IMG/VR virus record: IMGVR_UViG_3300022848_000777
Location: 1-64,000 of that record
From: a virus
Length of the DNA: 64,000 bases
Strand: one strand, 5' to 3'
This document shows positions 19,973 through 29,091 of the stretch, one piece after another (within the stretch, counting starts at the first letter, position 1; each line of letters begins with the position of its first letter). The notes below the pieces were generated by a model, which had not been told where the DNA came from, did no database searches, and saw only the letters and a program-made list of their open reading frames with translations. The position numbers and the translations under genes were made by a program.

Positions 19973-20222
19973 ATTTATTCATTCTATTGGGTTTGTAAGA
20001 AATTCCATCATTATTACCAAATGAAAGAACATTAGAATTCACATCACATACTATTTCAGCACTACGTCGATTTACCTTTTTAGATGTACCATCGGTATAA
20101 TTTAACCACGCCTTCCAATCGGAACCCTCACTACATTGTAATTTTGCACCAGATTTGATGTCTTTGAATATTTCTTCTTGATACTTTGTCATAATCTTTA
20201 TTGTTAGATGGATATCAACCAT
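19959..20222 (-). CDS. Hypothetical protein (antisense islet)
   Basis: Overlaps the next minus-strand ORF in operon fashion. Confidence 0.55.
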   Translation of the reverse strand: MVDIHLTIKIMTKYQEEIFKDIKSGAKLQCSEGSDWKAWLNYTDGTSKKVNRRSAEIVCDVNSNVLSFGNNDGISYKPNRMNKYDLL

Positions 20223-20344
20223 TACAAAAACAATAGTACGAATACTATATAGATAAAACTAATTTCTAGTGTTATGTTAATGTTAAATATCAAGTATTTA
20301 CTGTTAAACATATTAGTACCATATTTATAATAAAGAAACGAACT

Positions 20345-21007
20345 ATGGCAGAAAATACCACTAAAAGAGTTCCAAAAGGAAATATTAAATTTTCAATAAA
20401 CCTTTCGGATGAGCAGAAAGAAGCTAAGGCGGAAATATTAACACACCCATTCAATTTCATAATAGGTAAGGCTGGTAGTGGTAAGACATTATTGGCATGT
20501 CAAATAGCCCTTGATATGATATTCAAAAGAACTGTGGATAAAATCGTAATAACCAGACCAACGGTATCAAGTGAAGATAATGGGTTTTTACCTGGCTCTT
20601 TAAATGAGAAAATGGAACCTTGGATGATTCCAATTAAATCAAATATGAGAAAGGTTTATAATAAGCCTGATAAATTAATGCAATTAGAAGCTAGTGAAGA
20701 GATTGAGTTAGTATCATTAAGCCATTTTAGAGGAAGAACATTCGATAATGCAGTGTGTATAGTAGATGAGTTTCAAAACCTCACTAAACAGCAGTTGCAA
20801 ATGGTTCTGGGTAGACTTGGTAAAAACTCCACAATGATTCTTTGTGGTGATAAATATCAAATTGATTTGCCAAGACCTAATGATTCAGCTATAACTGAAA
20901 TACATAAACTAAAATCATCAAAATGGGTTTATGATACTATCTTAACGGATAATCATAGACATCAATCTCTTGATGATATCCTAAAATTATTAACAGAGGG
21001 ATATTAA
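20345..21007 (+). CDS. phoH: PhoH-family ATPase
   Basis: GKAGSGKT, ITRP, GFLPG...EKM.PW, FRGRTF, DEFQN, GD..QID and NHRH motifs. Confidence 0.95.
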   Translation: MAENTTKRVPKGNIKFSINLSDEQKEAKAEILTHPFNFIIGKAGSGKTLLACQIALDMIFKRTVDKIVITRPTVSSEDNGFLPGSLNEKMEPWMIPIKSNMRKVYNKPDKLMQLEASEEIELVSLSHFRGRTFDNAVCIVDEFQNLTKQQLQMVLGRLGKNSTMILCGDKYQIDLPRPNDSAITEIHKLKSSKWVYDTILTDNHRHQSLDDILKLLTEGY

Positions 21008-21026
21008 TATATAAACTAAAACATCT

Positions 21027-21653
21027 ATGAAAGCAAAAATTATAATATTCGGAGCAATTATAGTATCAACTATAATGTCATTACTTAGTTACACTGTATC
21101 TGATAATGAATCCCCAATAGGGATTTATGAAACTATTAAGATATCAGAATCAGATGAATTTGAATTTTTCAATGGGGGAACTAATTGCTTTGAGAAATCA
21201 GAGGAATTGGGATTATATTTCACAACAGCAAATGATGTTATCGTTGATTATTATAACATTTATAAGTATGAACCAACTCAAGATACAGAATGGCAGTGGG
21301 ATCAATCAATAGAATCATATGGTACTGTTAATAAAATTAATGAATATTTCTTTTATGATGATAACTACTCAGAAATACTTACTATGTATAGAGTAACTGC
21401 TATCTTCCCTGATGGATCTGAAATTATACTAAGACAGAATAGTGTTGATTGTACGGTGCCCCAATACGTATCAGATTGTATTTGGGATATTAAAAATGGA
21501 ACTATTACTTCACCCAATTTTAATAAAAATGACATATATGTTTATGATTACACTGGAAATAAAGTAGTAAATGATAATATGCAGCCTGGATATTATGTAT
21601 TGAGTTTGGGTATTGATGGTAAGTGTAGAACCAAAATTAACATTGGAAATTAA
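21027..21653 (+). CDS. Exported protein with a possible T9SS type-A C-terminal sorting domain
   Basis: N-terminal signal/TM. C-terminus IYVYDYTGNKV....MQPGYYVLSL.....RTKINI. Confidence 0.5.
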   Translation: MKAKIIIFGAIIVSTIMSLLSYTVSDNESPIGIYETIKISESDEFEFFNGGTNCFEKSEELGLYFTTANDVIVDYYNIYKYEPTQDTEWQWDQSIESYGTVNKINEYFFYDDNYSEILTMYRVTAIFPDGSEIILRQNSVDCTVPQYVSDCIWDIKNGTITSPNFNKNDIYVYDYTGNKVVNDNMQPGYYVLSLGIDGKCRTKINIGN

Positions 21654-21687
21654 TAATTTACATATTTATATAAAAAGAGGATAAGTA

Positions 21688-22851
21688 ATGGCAGTCGACA
21701 TACCAATTTGGCCGGGAAGTTCATCATTTGTAGCAGGAACTACACCATTTGGTTTCTATGATACTGATCTTGATTTTACAATAGATATTGATAGAGTTTC
21801 ATCGTGGTGTGCGACGAGACTTGGGTATCCAATTGTAGATATTGAATTACAAGATATAAATTTTTATGCTTGTTTTGAAGAATCTATAACAGAGTATTCA
21901 TCTCAGATAAATCAATATCAACTCAGAGATAATTTACTTAGCTTGCAGGGGTCACCCACATCATCAAATTACTCACAAGCGTATGTAAATAGTAATTTTG
22001 GTGGATTGGTATCAATTGCAAGGGATTATGGTTCTGAGGCTGGTAGTGGTGGTCGTGTTAATTATTATACAGGATCTTTCCAAATCGAAAGAGGTAAGCA
22101 ATTATATGATTTAACAGATACATCATCCGTTAAATTGGAAGTAGGTGTCGCTGGGTTAAACGTTATAGAGATAAAGGAATTACTACATTATGCACCACCA
22201 GCAGTGGCTAGGTTTTTTGATCCAATGGCGGGTTCAGGAATGGGTTCTCAGCAAATGTTACAGGGATTTGGATGGGGTAATTATTCACCAGGCGCATCTT
22301 TCTTAATGCAACCGATGTATGCTGATTTGTTGAGAATGCAAGCAATTGAGTTTAATGATCAAATACGAAAATCACAATATAGTTTTGATATAAAAAACGA
22401 TAGAGTGCGAATATTTCCAATACCAAATTATGATGGAGATGATCTAAAAATCCATTTCCATTATATACTAAAAAGTGAGAGAAGTAATCCTGTAATTTCG
22501 AAATCAGTAGTTAGTGATTCATCAAACGCAAGATATGATAACATACCATATTCTCAAATAAACGATGTAGGTAGACGTTGGATACAGAAATATACATTAG
22601 CAATCGTAAAAGAAATGTTGGGTGCGGTTAGAAGTAAATTTAGTTCAATACCAATACCTAATTCTGAAATCACTATGGATGGTGATGCGTTACGAAGTGA
22701 GGGTGCGGCAGAACGTGAGCAATTAATTGAAACGTTAAGAGTTGATTTAGATGCCACTTCTAGGAAAGCACTTTTGGAAAACAAAAAAGATGAGGCTGAA
22801 TTTTTAAATGATACATTGAGTCGAATTCCAAACTTTATATATATAGCATAA
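21688..22851 (+). CDS. gp13: Neck protein (gp13-like)
   Basis: RLGYPIVDIEL, WIQKYTLAIVKEMLGAVRSKF and ITMDGDAL motifs. Confidence 0.85.
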   Translation: MAVDIPIWPGSSSFVAGTTPFGFYDTDLDFTIDIDRVSSWCATRLGYPIVDIELQDINFYACFEESITEYSSQINQYQLRDNLLSLQGSPTSSNYSQAYVNSNFGGLVSIARDYGSEAGSGGRVNYYTGSFQIERGKQLYDLTDTSSVKLEVGVAGLNVIEIKELLHYAPPAVARFFDPMAGSGMGSQQMLQGFGWGNYSPGASFLMQPMYADLLRMQAIEFNDQIRKSQYSFDIKNDRVRIFPIPNYDGDDLKIHFHYILKSERSNPVISKSVVSDSSNARYDNIPYSQINDVGRRWIQKYTLAIVKEMLGAVRSKFSSIPIPNSEITMDGDALRSEGAAEREQLIETLRVDLDATSRKALLENKKDEAEFLNDTLSRIPNFIYIA

Positions 22852-22861
22852 GGGTATTATA

Positions 22862-23389
22862 ATGGCATTATTTTCAGGTCAAAGAGATATGTCTTTGTTT
22901 AGGAGATTAAACAAAGAATTAATAAATGATATTATAGATACTGAAATCTATTATTATAAAACAATATTGTCAGAAACCAAAGCTAACTTATACGGTGAGG
23001 CTAATTCTAAGGTATTTTACAACCCTGTTAAGATCGCTTGTTTAATTGATAGAGAAAATCGTGAAAATTTATTCGAAGATTTTGGTAACGATTATACTCG
23101 AAATATATCATTTTACTTTTTAAGGGATACCTTAGTAGATTTGGATATGTACCCAGAAATAGGTGATGTTATTGAGTGGAATGGTGAACAGCATATAGTT
23201 GATGGTACATTGAACAATCAGTATTTTGCAGGTAAAAACCCGACAAGTTGGGATGGTGGTGAATCACATGGGTATGATGTATCAATATTATGTATAGCCC
23301 ATGTTGCTAGAAAATCACAACTTAATCTAAAAGATGATATTAGAGTTGGTGTAGATAAGACCAATAATGATAATGAAATATATAAATAA
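22862..23389 (+). CDS. Neck/head-closure protein (gp14-like)
   Basis: NLYGE and PEIGDVI motifs; position after gp13. Confidence 0.65.
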   Translation: MALFSGQRDMSLFRRLNKELINDIIDTEIYYYKTILSETKANLYGEANSKVFYNPVKIACLIDRENRENLFEDFGNDYTRNISFYFLRDTLVDLDMYPEIGDVIEWNGEQHIVDGTLNNQYFAGKNPTSWDGGESHGYDVSILCIAHVARKSQLNLKDDIRVGVDKTNNDNEIYK

Positions 23390-23394
23390 AAACT

Positions 23395-24189
23395 ATGGCT
23401 AATGCATATCGATATAATAAAGATGGTAAACCCAATCTCAAAAAAACAGTAAGTTCTTTTTCGGATGATATTGAATTGAATAAAGCTAATCAAATTAGAC
23501 GTAATGATGATGTAAACGTACCATCAGTAGGTCTTTATGATATTGATATGGCGTTTAAATACTTCTTAGAGAATGGTATAAAACCCACAGTGGATGATGG
23601 TGGTATTACTATACCAGTTCCAGTGATGTACGCAACTCCAGAGAATTGGTCAGCAGCACAACGAGATGGGTATCTTAAAGATTCTAATGGTAAGTTAATA
23701 ACACCTTTAATATCATTTAAGAAAACATCAATAACGTCCAATCAGCAGATTTCTAAACTGAAAGTATTAACAGATGGTTCTACATCTAGAACATTTATAA
23801 GGAAGTATACCCAAGAAAATAAATACGATTCATTTTCTCAAAATCTTGGCATAAAGCCTGTTCCTGAATATTATATAGTTGATACTCCAGATTATATAAA
23901 CATAGAGTATGATGTTATAATTTGGTGTGATTACATAAGTCAGTTAAATAAATTAGTTGAGCAGATTATTTATTATCAAGGTGGTGCATTTGGTGAAAGG
24001 TATAAATTTGAAATAAGTGGTGATTCATATAACTTCGATATATCAAATAACACTAGTGAAGAACGGATTGTAAGAAGTAATTTTACTTTGACAAGTAAAG
24101 CGTATATCCTACCTAAGAATTTAGGCAACACTGTAAATGCTTCAAAGGCTTTTGGGGCATCAAAAGTTGTGTGGAATCTTGATGATTGA
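23395..24189 (+). CDS. Tail terminator/sheath stabiliser (gp15-like)
   Basis: VPVMYA.PE.W, PLIS and QLNKLVEQI motifs; synteny. Confidence 0.7.
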   Translation: MANAYRYNKDGKPNLKKTVSSFSDDIELNKANQIRRNDDVNVPSVGLYDIDMAFKYFLENGIKPTVDDGGITIPVPVMYATPENWSAAQRDGYLKDSNGKLITPLISFKKTSITSNQQISKLKVLTDGSTSRTFIRKYTQENKYDSFSQNLGIKPVPEYYIVDTPDYINIEYDVIIWCDYISQLNKLVEQIIYYQGGAFGERYKFEISGDSYNFDISNNTSEERIVRSNFTLTSKAYILPKNLGNTVNASKAFGASKVVWNLDD

Positions 24190-24238
24190 TAAATAAATTT
24201 TAATACTTATATATAAACAGTTTTAAAAACAAATAAAT

Positions 24239-24547
24239 ATGGCAACAGTAAGTGAATCTACAAATTCAAAACCAGAGCATAAAGCTCAACGATTGGATAA
24301 ATCAGAAATAGATAGTATACATGAATTTGCAAATACTTATTCCGATATTAATAATAAAATGGGTGAGTTTGCAATGAATATGATAATCCTTAATGAAGAA
24401 ATAGAGAATACCAAAACGAATCAAGATCAGTTAGCAGCAAAATATAAACAGGCGAGATCTAGTGAATTGAAGTTCGCAAATGAATTAAAACAAAAATATG
24501 GAGATGGTGAAATTAACATCCAAGATGGTACATTTAAACCAAACTAA
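24239..24547 (+). CDS. Coiled-coil hypothetical protein
   Basis: 102 aa, ending KYGDGEINIQDGTF. Confidence 0.6.
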   Translation: MATVSESTNSKPEHKAQRLDKSEIDSIHEFANTYSDINNKMGEFAMNMIILNEEIENTKTNQDQLAAKYKQARSSELKFANELKQKYGDGEINIQDGTFKPN

Positions 24548-24643
24548 CTACTTTATTTAATTAAAATCAGTATTATATCCTTTTTTGGGTAATTATTTAC
24601 TATTTATAGGTAGCAAATCATATAAAATATTTAGGAGCATAAT

Positions 24644-27031
24644 ATGGCAGAGAGAATAGTTAGTCCTGGCACTTTTACCAATGAGCGAGATTTAACATTT
24701 TTACCACAAGGAATTGGAAACATCGGAGCTGCATTAATTGGTTCAACAATTAAAGGCCCAGCATTCGTACCCACAAAATTATCATCATTCAATGAGTTCA
24801 TCGAAACATTCGGTGGATTATCACCTAATTCATACTTACCCTACGCTGTAAAGAATTACTTTGAGGATGGCGGAACCGCCACAGTAGTTAGAGTATTAGG
24901 TAGTGATGGGTATTCATTAGGAAAACCACTTGGATTGAAAATATCATCTTCTATAGGTGAAAAAGTAGTTGGGTTATTACACCCAACTGTAGAATTATTA
25001 GGATTGACTGATATATTTGATGACTCTGAAATAGATGGAGTTCCATCTGCTAGTTTATTCACATTAAAACTTTCAGGTTCCAATACCGACAAAACATATA
25101 CTGGTTTATCATTAGATCCAACTTCGGATTCATATTATACTAAATTATTTGGTTCTTCTGCAAAAGGAAGTGAAGATGCATATGCTTACATAAATTGTAG
25201 AGCATTTCAATCAGCATCGATTGCAGCTGATGCTGATGCAGAAATATCACTGGTAACTGATCAAGATATCGATTTATCACAAGAATATAAAACAGCAAAT
25301 ACACCGTGGATCACATCACAGACAGTTGGTGATACTGTATTTGATTTATTCAAAGTACATACAGTATCACATGGTAATCCAACTAACTATGAATTTAAAA
25401 TAGCAATTGAGGATATCAAGCCAGCTGGTAGAGTTCCTGGTTCAATTTATGGATCATTTACACTAACAGTTCGACGTGTAGAGCAGGATAAAATACCAAC
25501 ATCACCATTCGTATCGGTAACTGATTCCGATGTTAGACCTAATATTGCAGAACAATTTCAAAATGTAAACTTAGATCCTGACTCACCTAGCTATATAGCA
25601 AGAGTTATCGGTGATACATTCACTACTGTAGATTCAGCAGGTAAGGTTATCCCTAATGGTGATTATAGTAATAATTCAAAATACATAAGAATTGAGGTTG
25701 CAAGTAGAGTATCAGAAAAATCTATTGATGTTTCATTACTTCCATTTGGATTTAAAGCACTACAGAATCCATTAGGTACATCAATGATTATACCAGATGC
25801 AGTCTTTGTACCATCACAAACAATTAATGATGGTTATAATTCAAAAATATTTTGGGGATTTAACTTCGATTTCGCATTAACTGATAATGCATCCTATCTT
25901 AATCCAATACCAGAGACAACAACTACTGGAAGTAATGTAAACTTCCAACTTGGTAACTTTAACCAAACTGCCGATGCAGCATATCCAACAGTAGCAGATG
26001 CTTATTCTGGTTCTATTACGTTAAATGATAATGAGACATCAATTGATACTCGTAAATTTATGGTTCCATTCCAAGGTGGATTTGATGGATTTAAACCCAA
26101 TCGGGTTGTAAGTTTAGCTGAGAACATCACAGCAGGTAACTCACAAGGTTGGGATATGAGTTCAACATCAGCAGCAGGAACTATAGCATTTAGAAAAGCG
26201 ATTAATGCAGTATCGAATGCAGAAGAATTTGATATAAATATGTTGGCTATTCCTGGAGCAATTCATAGATTACACTCATCAGTAACGACATACGCTAAAG
26301 ATATGTGTGAAGCTAGAGAAGATGCATTCTATGTTATGGATGTGGGTATTAAGGGTGATAGTATCTCAGTAGTATCAAATGCAGTACAAACATTTGATTC
26401 AAACTATACATCAGTTTATTATCCGTGGGTTAAAATATTAGATACTGATAGAAATAAACCAACATGGGTTCCACCATCTGTAGTATTACCTGGAGTTATG
26501 GCATTTAATGATTCGGTTTCAGCAGAATGGTTTGCACCCGCAGGTTTAAATCGTGGTGGTTTACCAAACGTAATCGATGTTGAATCTCGATTGACTCGAT
26601 CTGAAAGAGATCAATTGTATGATGGTAGAATCAATCCAATTGCATCATTTCCAGGCCAAGGTGTAACTGTATTTGGGCAAAAAACACTACAAGGAAAGCC
26701 ATCGGCTTTAGATAGAGTTAATGTTAGAAGATTGTTGATTGCAGTTAAGAAATTCATCGCATCATCTACAAGATATCTTGTTTTTGAACAAAACACGTCA
26801 GCGACTCGTAACCGATTCTTATCTATTGTAAACCCTTATTTAGATTCTATTCAACAAAGACAGGGGTTAACTTCATTTAGTGTTGTAATGGATGAGACAA
26901 ACAATACACCCGATGTTATTGATAGAAACATACTTGTGGGTGAAATTTACCTACAACCGACTAGAACAGCAGAGTTTATTGTTCTTGATTTCAACATTCA
27001 ACCAACTGGGGCATCTTTCCCAGGAGTATAA
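24644..27031 (+). CDS. gp18: Tail sheath protein (gp18-like)
   Basis: SPG....ERDL, WFAPAGLNRG, INPI..FPG.G..VFGQKTL, DRVNVRRL and PTRTAEFI motifs. Confidence 0.97.
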   Translation: MAERIVSPGTFTNERDLTFLPQGIGNIGAALIGSTIKGPAFVPTKLSSFNEFIETFGGLSPNSYLPYAVKNYFEDGGTATVVRVLGSDGYSLGKPLGLKISSSIGEKVVGLLHPTVELLGLTDIFDDSEIDGVPSASLFTLKLSGSNTDKTYTGLSLDPTSDSYYTKLFGSSAKGSEDAYAYINCRAFQSASIAADADAEISLVTDQDIDLSQEYKTANTPWITSQTVGDTVFDLFKVHTVSHGNPTNYEFKIAIEDIKPAGRVPGSIYGSFTLTVRRVEQDKIPTSPFVSVTDSDVRPNIAEQFQNVNLDPDSPSYIARVIGDTFTTVDSAGKVIPNGDYSNNSKYIRIEVASRVSEKSIDVSLLPFGFKALQNPLGTSMIIPDAVFVPSQTINDGYNSKIFWGFNFDFALTDNASYLNPIPETTTTGSNVNFQLGNFNQTADAAYPTVADAYSGSITLNDNETSIDTRKFMVPFQGGFDGFKPNRVVSLAENITAGNSQGWDMSSTSAAGTIAFRKAINAVSNAEEFDINMLAIPGAIHRLHSSVTTYAKDMCEAREDAFYVMDVGIKGDSISVVSNAVQTFDSNYTSVYYPWVKILDTDRNKPTWVPPSVVLPGVMAFNDSVSAEWFAPAGLNRGGLPNVIDVESRLTRSERDQLYDGRINPIASFPGQGVTVFGQKTLQGKPSALDRVNVRRLLIAVKKFIASSTRYLVFEQNTSATRNRFLSIVNPYLDSIQQRQGLTSFSVVMDETNNTPDVIDRNILVGEIYLQPTRTAEFIVLDFNIQPTGASFPGV

Positions 27032-27037
27032 ATAATT

Positions 27038-27080
27038 AAAACTCCTCGAATTTATTCGGGGAGTTTAACCTACTTTTTTC
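27038..27080 (+). terminator. Hairpin/terminator after the sheath gene
   Basis: AAACTCCTCGAA-TTTA-TTCGGGGAGTTT with a downstream T-run. Confidence 0.7.
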
Positions 27081-27136
27081 AAAATGGTATATTTATAGAA
27101 AAGAGATAAAGTTAGAATAAACGGAGAAAACTTAAA

Positions 27137-27625
27137 ATGGCAAACTTACTAGACCCAAATGAAATAATGTTCACCAGTTTCGAACCTAAAATGTCGAATC
27201 GGTTCATTATGTATATAGAGGGAATTCCATCATATTTGATTAAAGCAGCAAATAGACCAGAAATTACAAACAATGCCGTTACTATAGATCACATTAACGT
27301 TAAGAGAAAAGTTAAGGGTAGAAGTGAATGGAGTGATGTATCTATTACATTATACGATCCAATAGTTCCATCTGGAACGCAAGCTGTTATGGAGTGGGTT
27401 AGATTGCACCACGAATCCGTTACAGGTCGTAATGGTTATTCTGATTTCTATAAAAAAGATATTACATTTAACGCACTTGGCCCAGTTGGTGATAAAGTTG
27501 AAGAATGGACATTAAAAGGTGCATTTATCAATTCAGCAAAATTCTCTGATATGGATTGGACTGGTGAGGATTTATCGGAAGTTGAATTAACACTTTCATA
27601 TGATTACGCAATACTACAATACTAA
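27137..27625 (+). CDS. gp19: Tail tube protein (gp19-like)
   Basis: NRF, W..V.ITLYD, YKKDI, EEWTLKGAF and L.L.YDYA motifs; follows the sheath gene. Confidence 0.92.
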   Translation: MANLLDPNEIMFTSFEPKMSNRFIMYIEGIPSYLIKAANRPEITNNAVTIDHINVKRKVKGRSEWSDVSITLYDPIVPSGTQAVMEWVRLHHESVTGRNGYSDFYKKDITFNALGPVGDKVEEWTLKGAFINSAKFSDMDWTGEDLSEVELTLSYDYAILQY

Positions 27626-27652
27626 TTAAAGAATACATATTAAGAAATAACT

Positions 27653-27678
27653 ACCCCGTCAGAAATGGCGGGGTTTTG
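27653..27678 (+). terminator. Intrinsic terminator after the tube gene
   Basis: ACCCCGTCA-GAAA-TGGCGGGGT followed by TTTG. Confidence 0.8.
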
Positions 27679-27728
27679 TGTTTAAATTATTATTTTCATA
27701 TTTATAAGTATAAAGGAGAATTAAAGTT

Positions 27729-28607
27729 ATGAAAGATGAATTACAAGATGAATACGTTAATACTATGACCGATGCTGAAATGGTTGATATGGCTAAAAGT
27801 AAAAATCAAATCGGTCAAGTTTTAGATTATAAGTTTCCTACTGAGATAGTAGAACTACCATCAAATGGATTAATATATTCATTAGACAACCCATTATCAT
27901 CGGGTAAAGTTGAAATGAAGTATATGACTGCTAAAGAAGAAGATATACTTACTACACAATCTTATATAAGAGATGGTAGTGTATTGGATAGATTATTCCA
28001 ATCACTTATAGTTTCTAATGGTGAGGGTAAGTTGGTTAAATATGTTGATTTGGTAGTAGGTGATAAGAACGCAATTATGATCGCATCTAGAATATTAGGA
28101 TATGGGAAGGATTATGAAGTAGAAATTGATGATCCATTTTCAACAGATACAAAGCAAAAAGAAATTATTGATTTAACATCTTTTGATAATAAAGTATATG
28201 ATGGAAATCACCAAACTGAATTAAATAAAAATGAATTTGAGTTCAAACTACCAAAATCCAATCGTTTGATAACGTTTATGGCATTAACTGAGAGCAAAGA
28301 GCGAAAAATTAAACATGAATTGGAAGTTATTTTGAAAGCAAATAGAAAGTTAAACGATAAAACTTCTAGAGAACTCACAACAAGATTAAAAACAATTATA
28401 CTATCAGTGGATGGTGAGATTGATCAGAAATTTATAAATGAATTTGTGAATAACGAACTTTTCGCAGTAGATTCTAAGGCCCTTAGATCCTACATTAACG
28501 AAGTAACACCTGACATTGATTTGGCTTGGGAGTTTATTTCTGATGAAACGGGCCAAGGGAGGTCAATGACTCTTCCTATGGGGGTCGGGTTTTTTTGGCC
28601 TGAATAA
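27729..28607 (+). CDS. Baseplate hub assembly/tail chaperone (gp26-like)
   Basis: VELPSNG..Y, MTAKEEDIL, GDKNAIMIASRILGYG motifs; ends FFWP. Confidence 0.75.
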   Translation: MKDELQDEYVNTMTDAEMVDMAKSKNQIGQVLDYKFPTEIVELPSNGLIYSLDNPLSSGKVEMKYMTAKEEDILTTQSYIRDGSVLDRLFQSLIVSNGEGKLVKYVDLVVGDKNAIMIASRILGYGKDYEVEIDDPFSTDTKQKEIIDLTSFDNKVYDGNHQTELNKNEFEFKLPKSNRLITFMALTESKERKIKHELEVILKANRKLNDKTSRELTTRLKTIILSVDGEIDQKFINEFVNNELFAVDSKALRSYINEVTPDIDLAWEFISDETGQGRSMTLPMGVGFFWPE

Positions 28608-28794
28608 ATCACATCGCCAATTAATTCATTCGCAATTATTTGATTTGATATATCACGGTAATGGTGGATTTACATTTCAAGATGTTTATAATTTACCTAT
28701 TTGGGCTCGACAATTCTACATAAAAAAGATAGTTGAGTTTAAAGAAGCTCAGAACAAAAAAGAACAATCTGAACTTAAACGTGCAAGAAAATAA
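28591..28794 (+). CDS. ATG-less +1-frame extension (gp51-like), probably reached by frameshift
   Basis: FFGLNKSHRQLIHSQLFDLIYHGNGGFTFQDVYNLPIWARQFYIKKI...; joins the upstream gene at T7 (28590-28596). Confidence 0.7.
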   Translation, partial: FFGLNKSHRQLIHSQLFDLIYHGNGGFTFQDVYNLPIWARQFYIKKIVEFKEAQNKKEQSELKRARK

Positions 28795-28848
28795 AACATA
28801 AAATAGAGATACCTAACATATTGTTAGGTATCTCTATATTTATATAAA

Positions 28849-29088
28849 ATGGATGGTGTAATGAGGACTATTATAAAAAAAGATTTGATTGGTAAGTTAA
28901 GAGAAAGTAATATCTCAGAAAACTTTATTGATAAACTAATTCAGAAACTCATAAATTCTAAAAAGAAATTTGAAATAGAAAAGTTACAAAAGAAGTTAGC
29001 TGATCTAACTACTGATTCAGAGTATCAAGGTATACTAAAAAAGTATAATATTAAAGCAATGGATTGGTCAAAAAACTATGATAGGTAA
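28849..29088 (+). CDS. Small hypothetical protein
   Basis: ORF behind a TATTTATA motif, just before the tape measure gene. Confidence 0.55.
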   Translation: MDGVMRTIIKKDLIGKLRESNISENFIDKLIQKLINSKKKFEIEKLQKKLADLTTDSEYQGILKKYNIKAMDWSKNYDR

Positions 29089-29091
29089 TAA

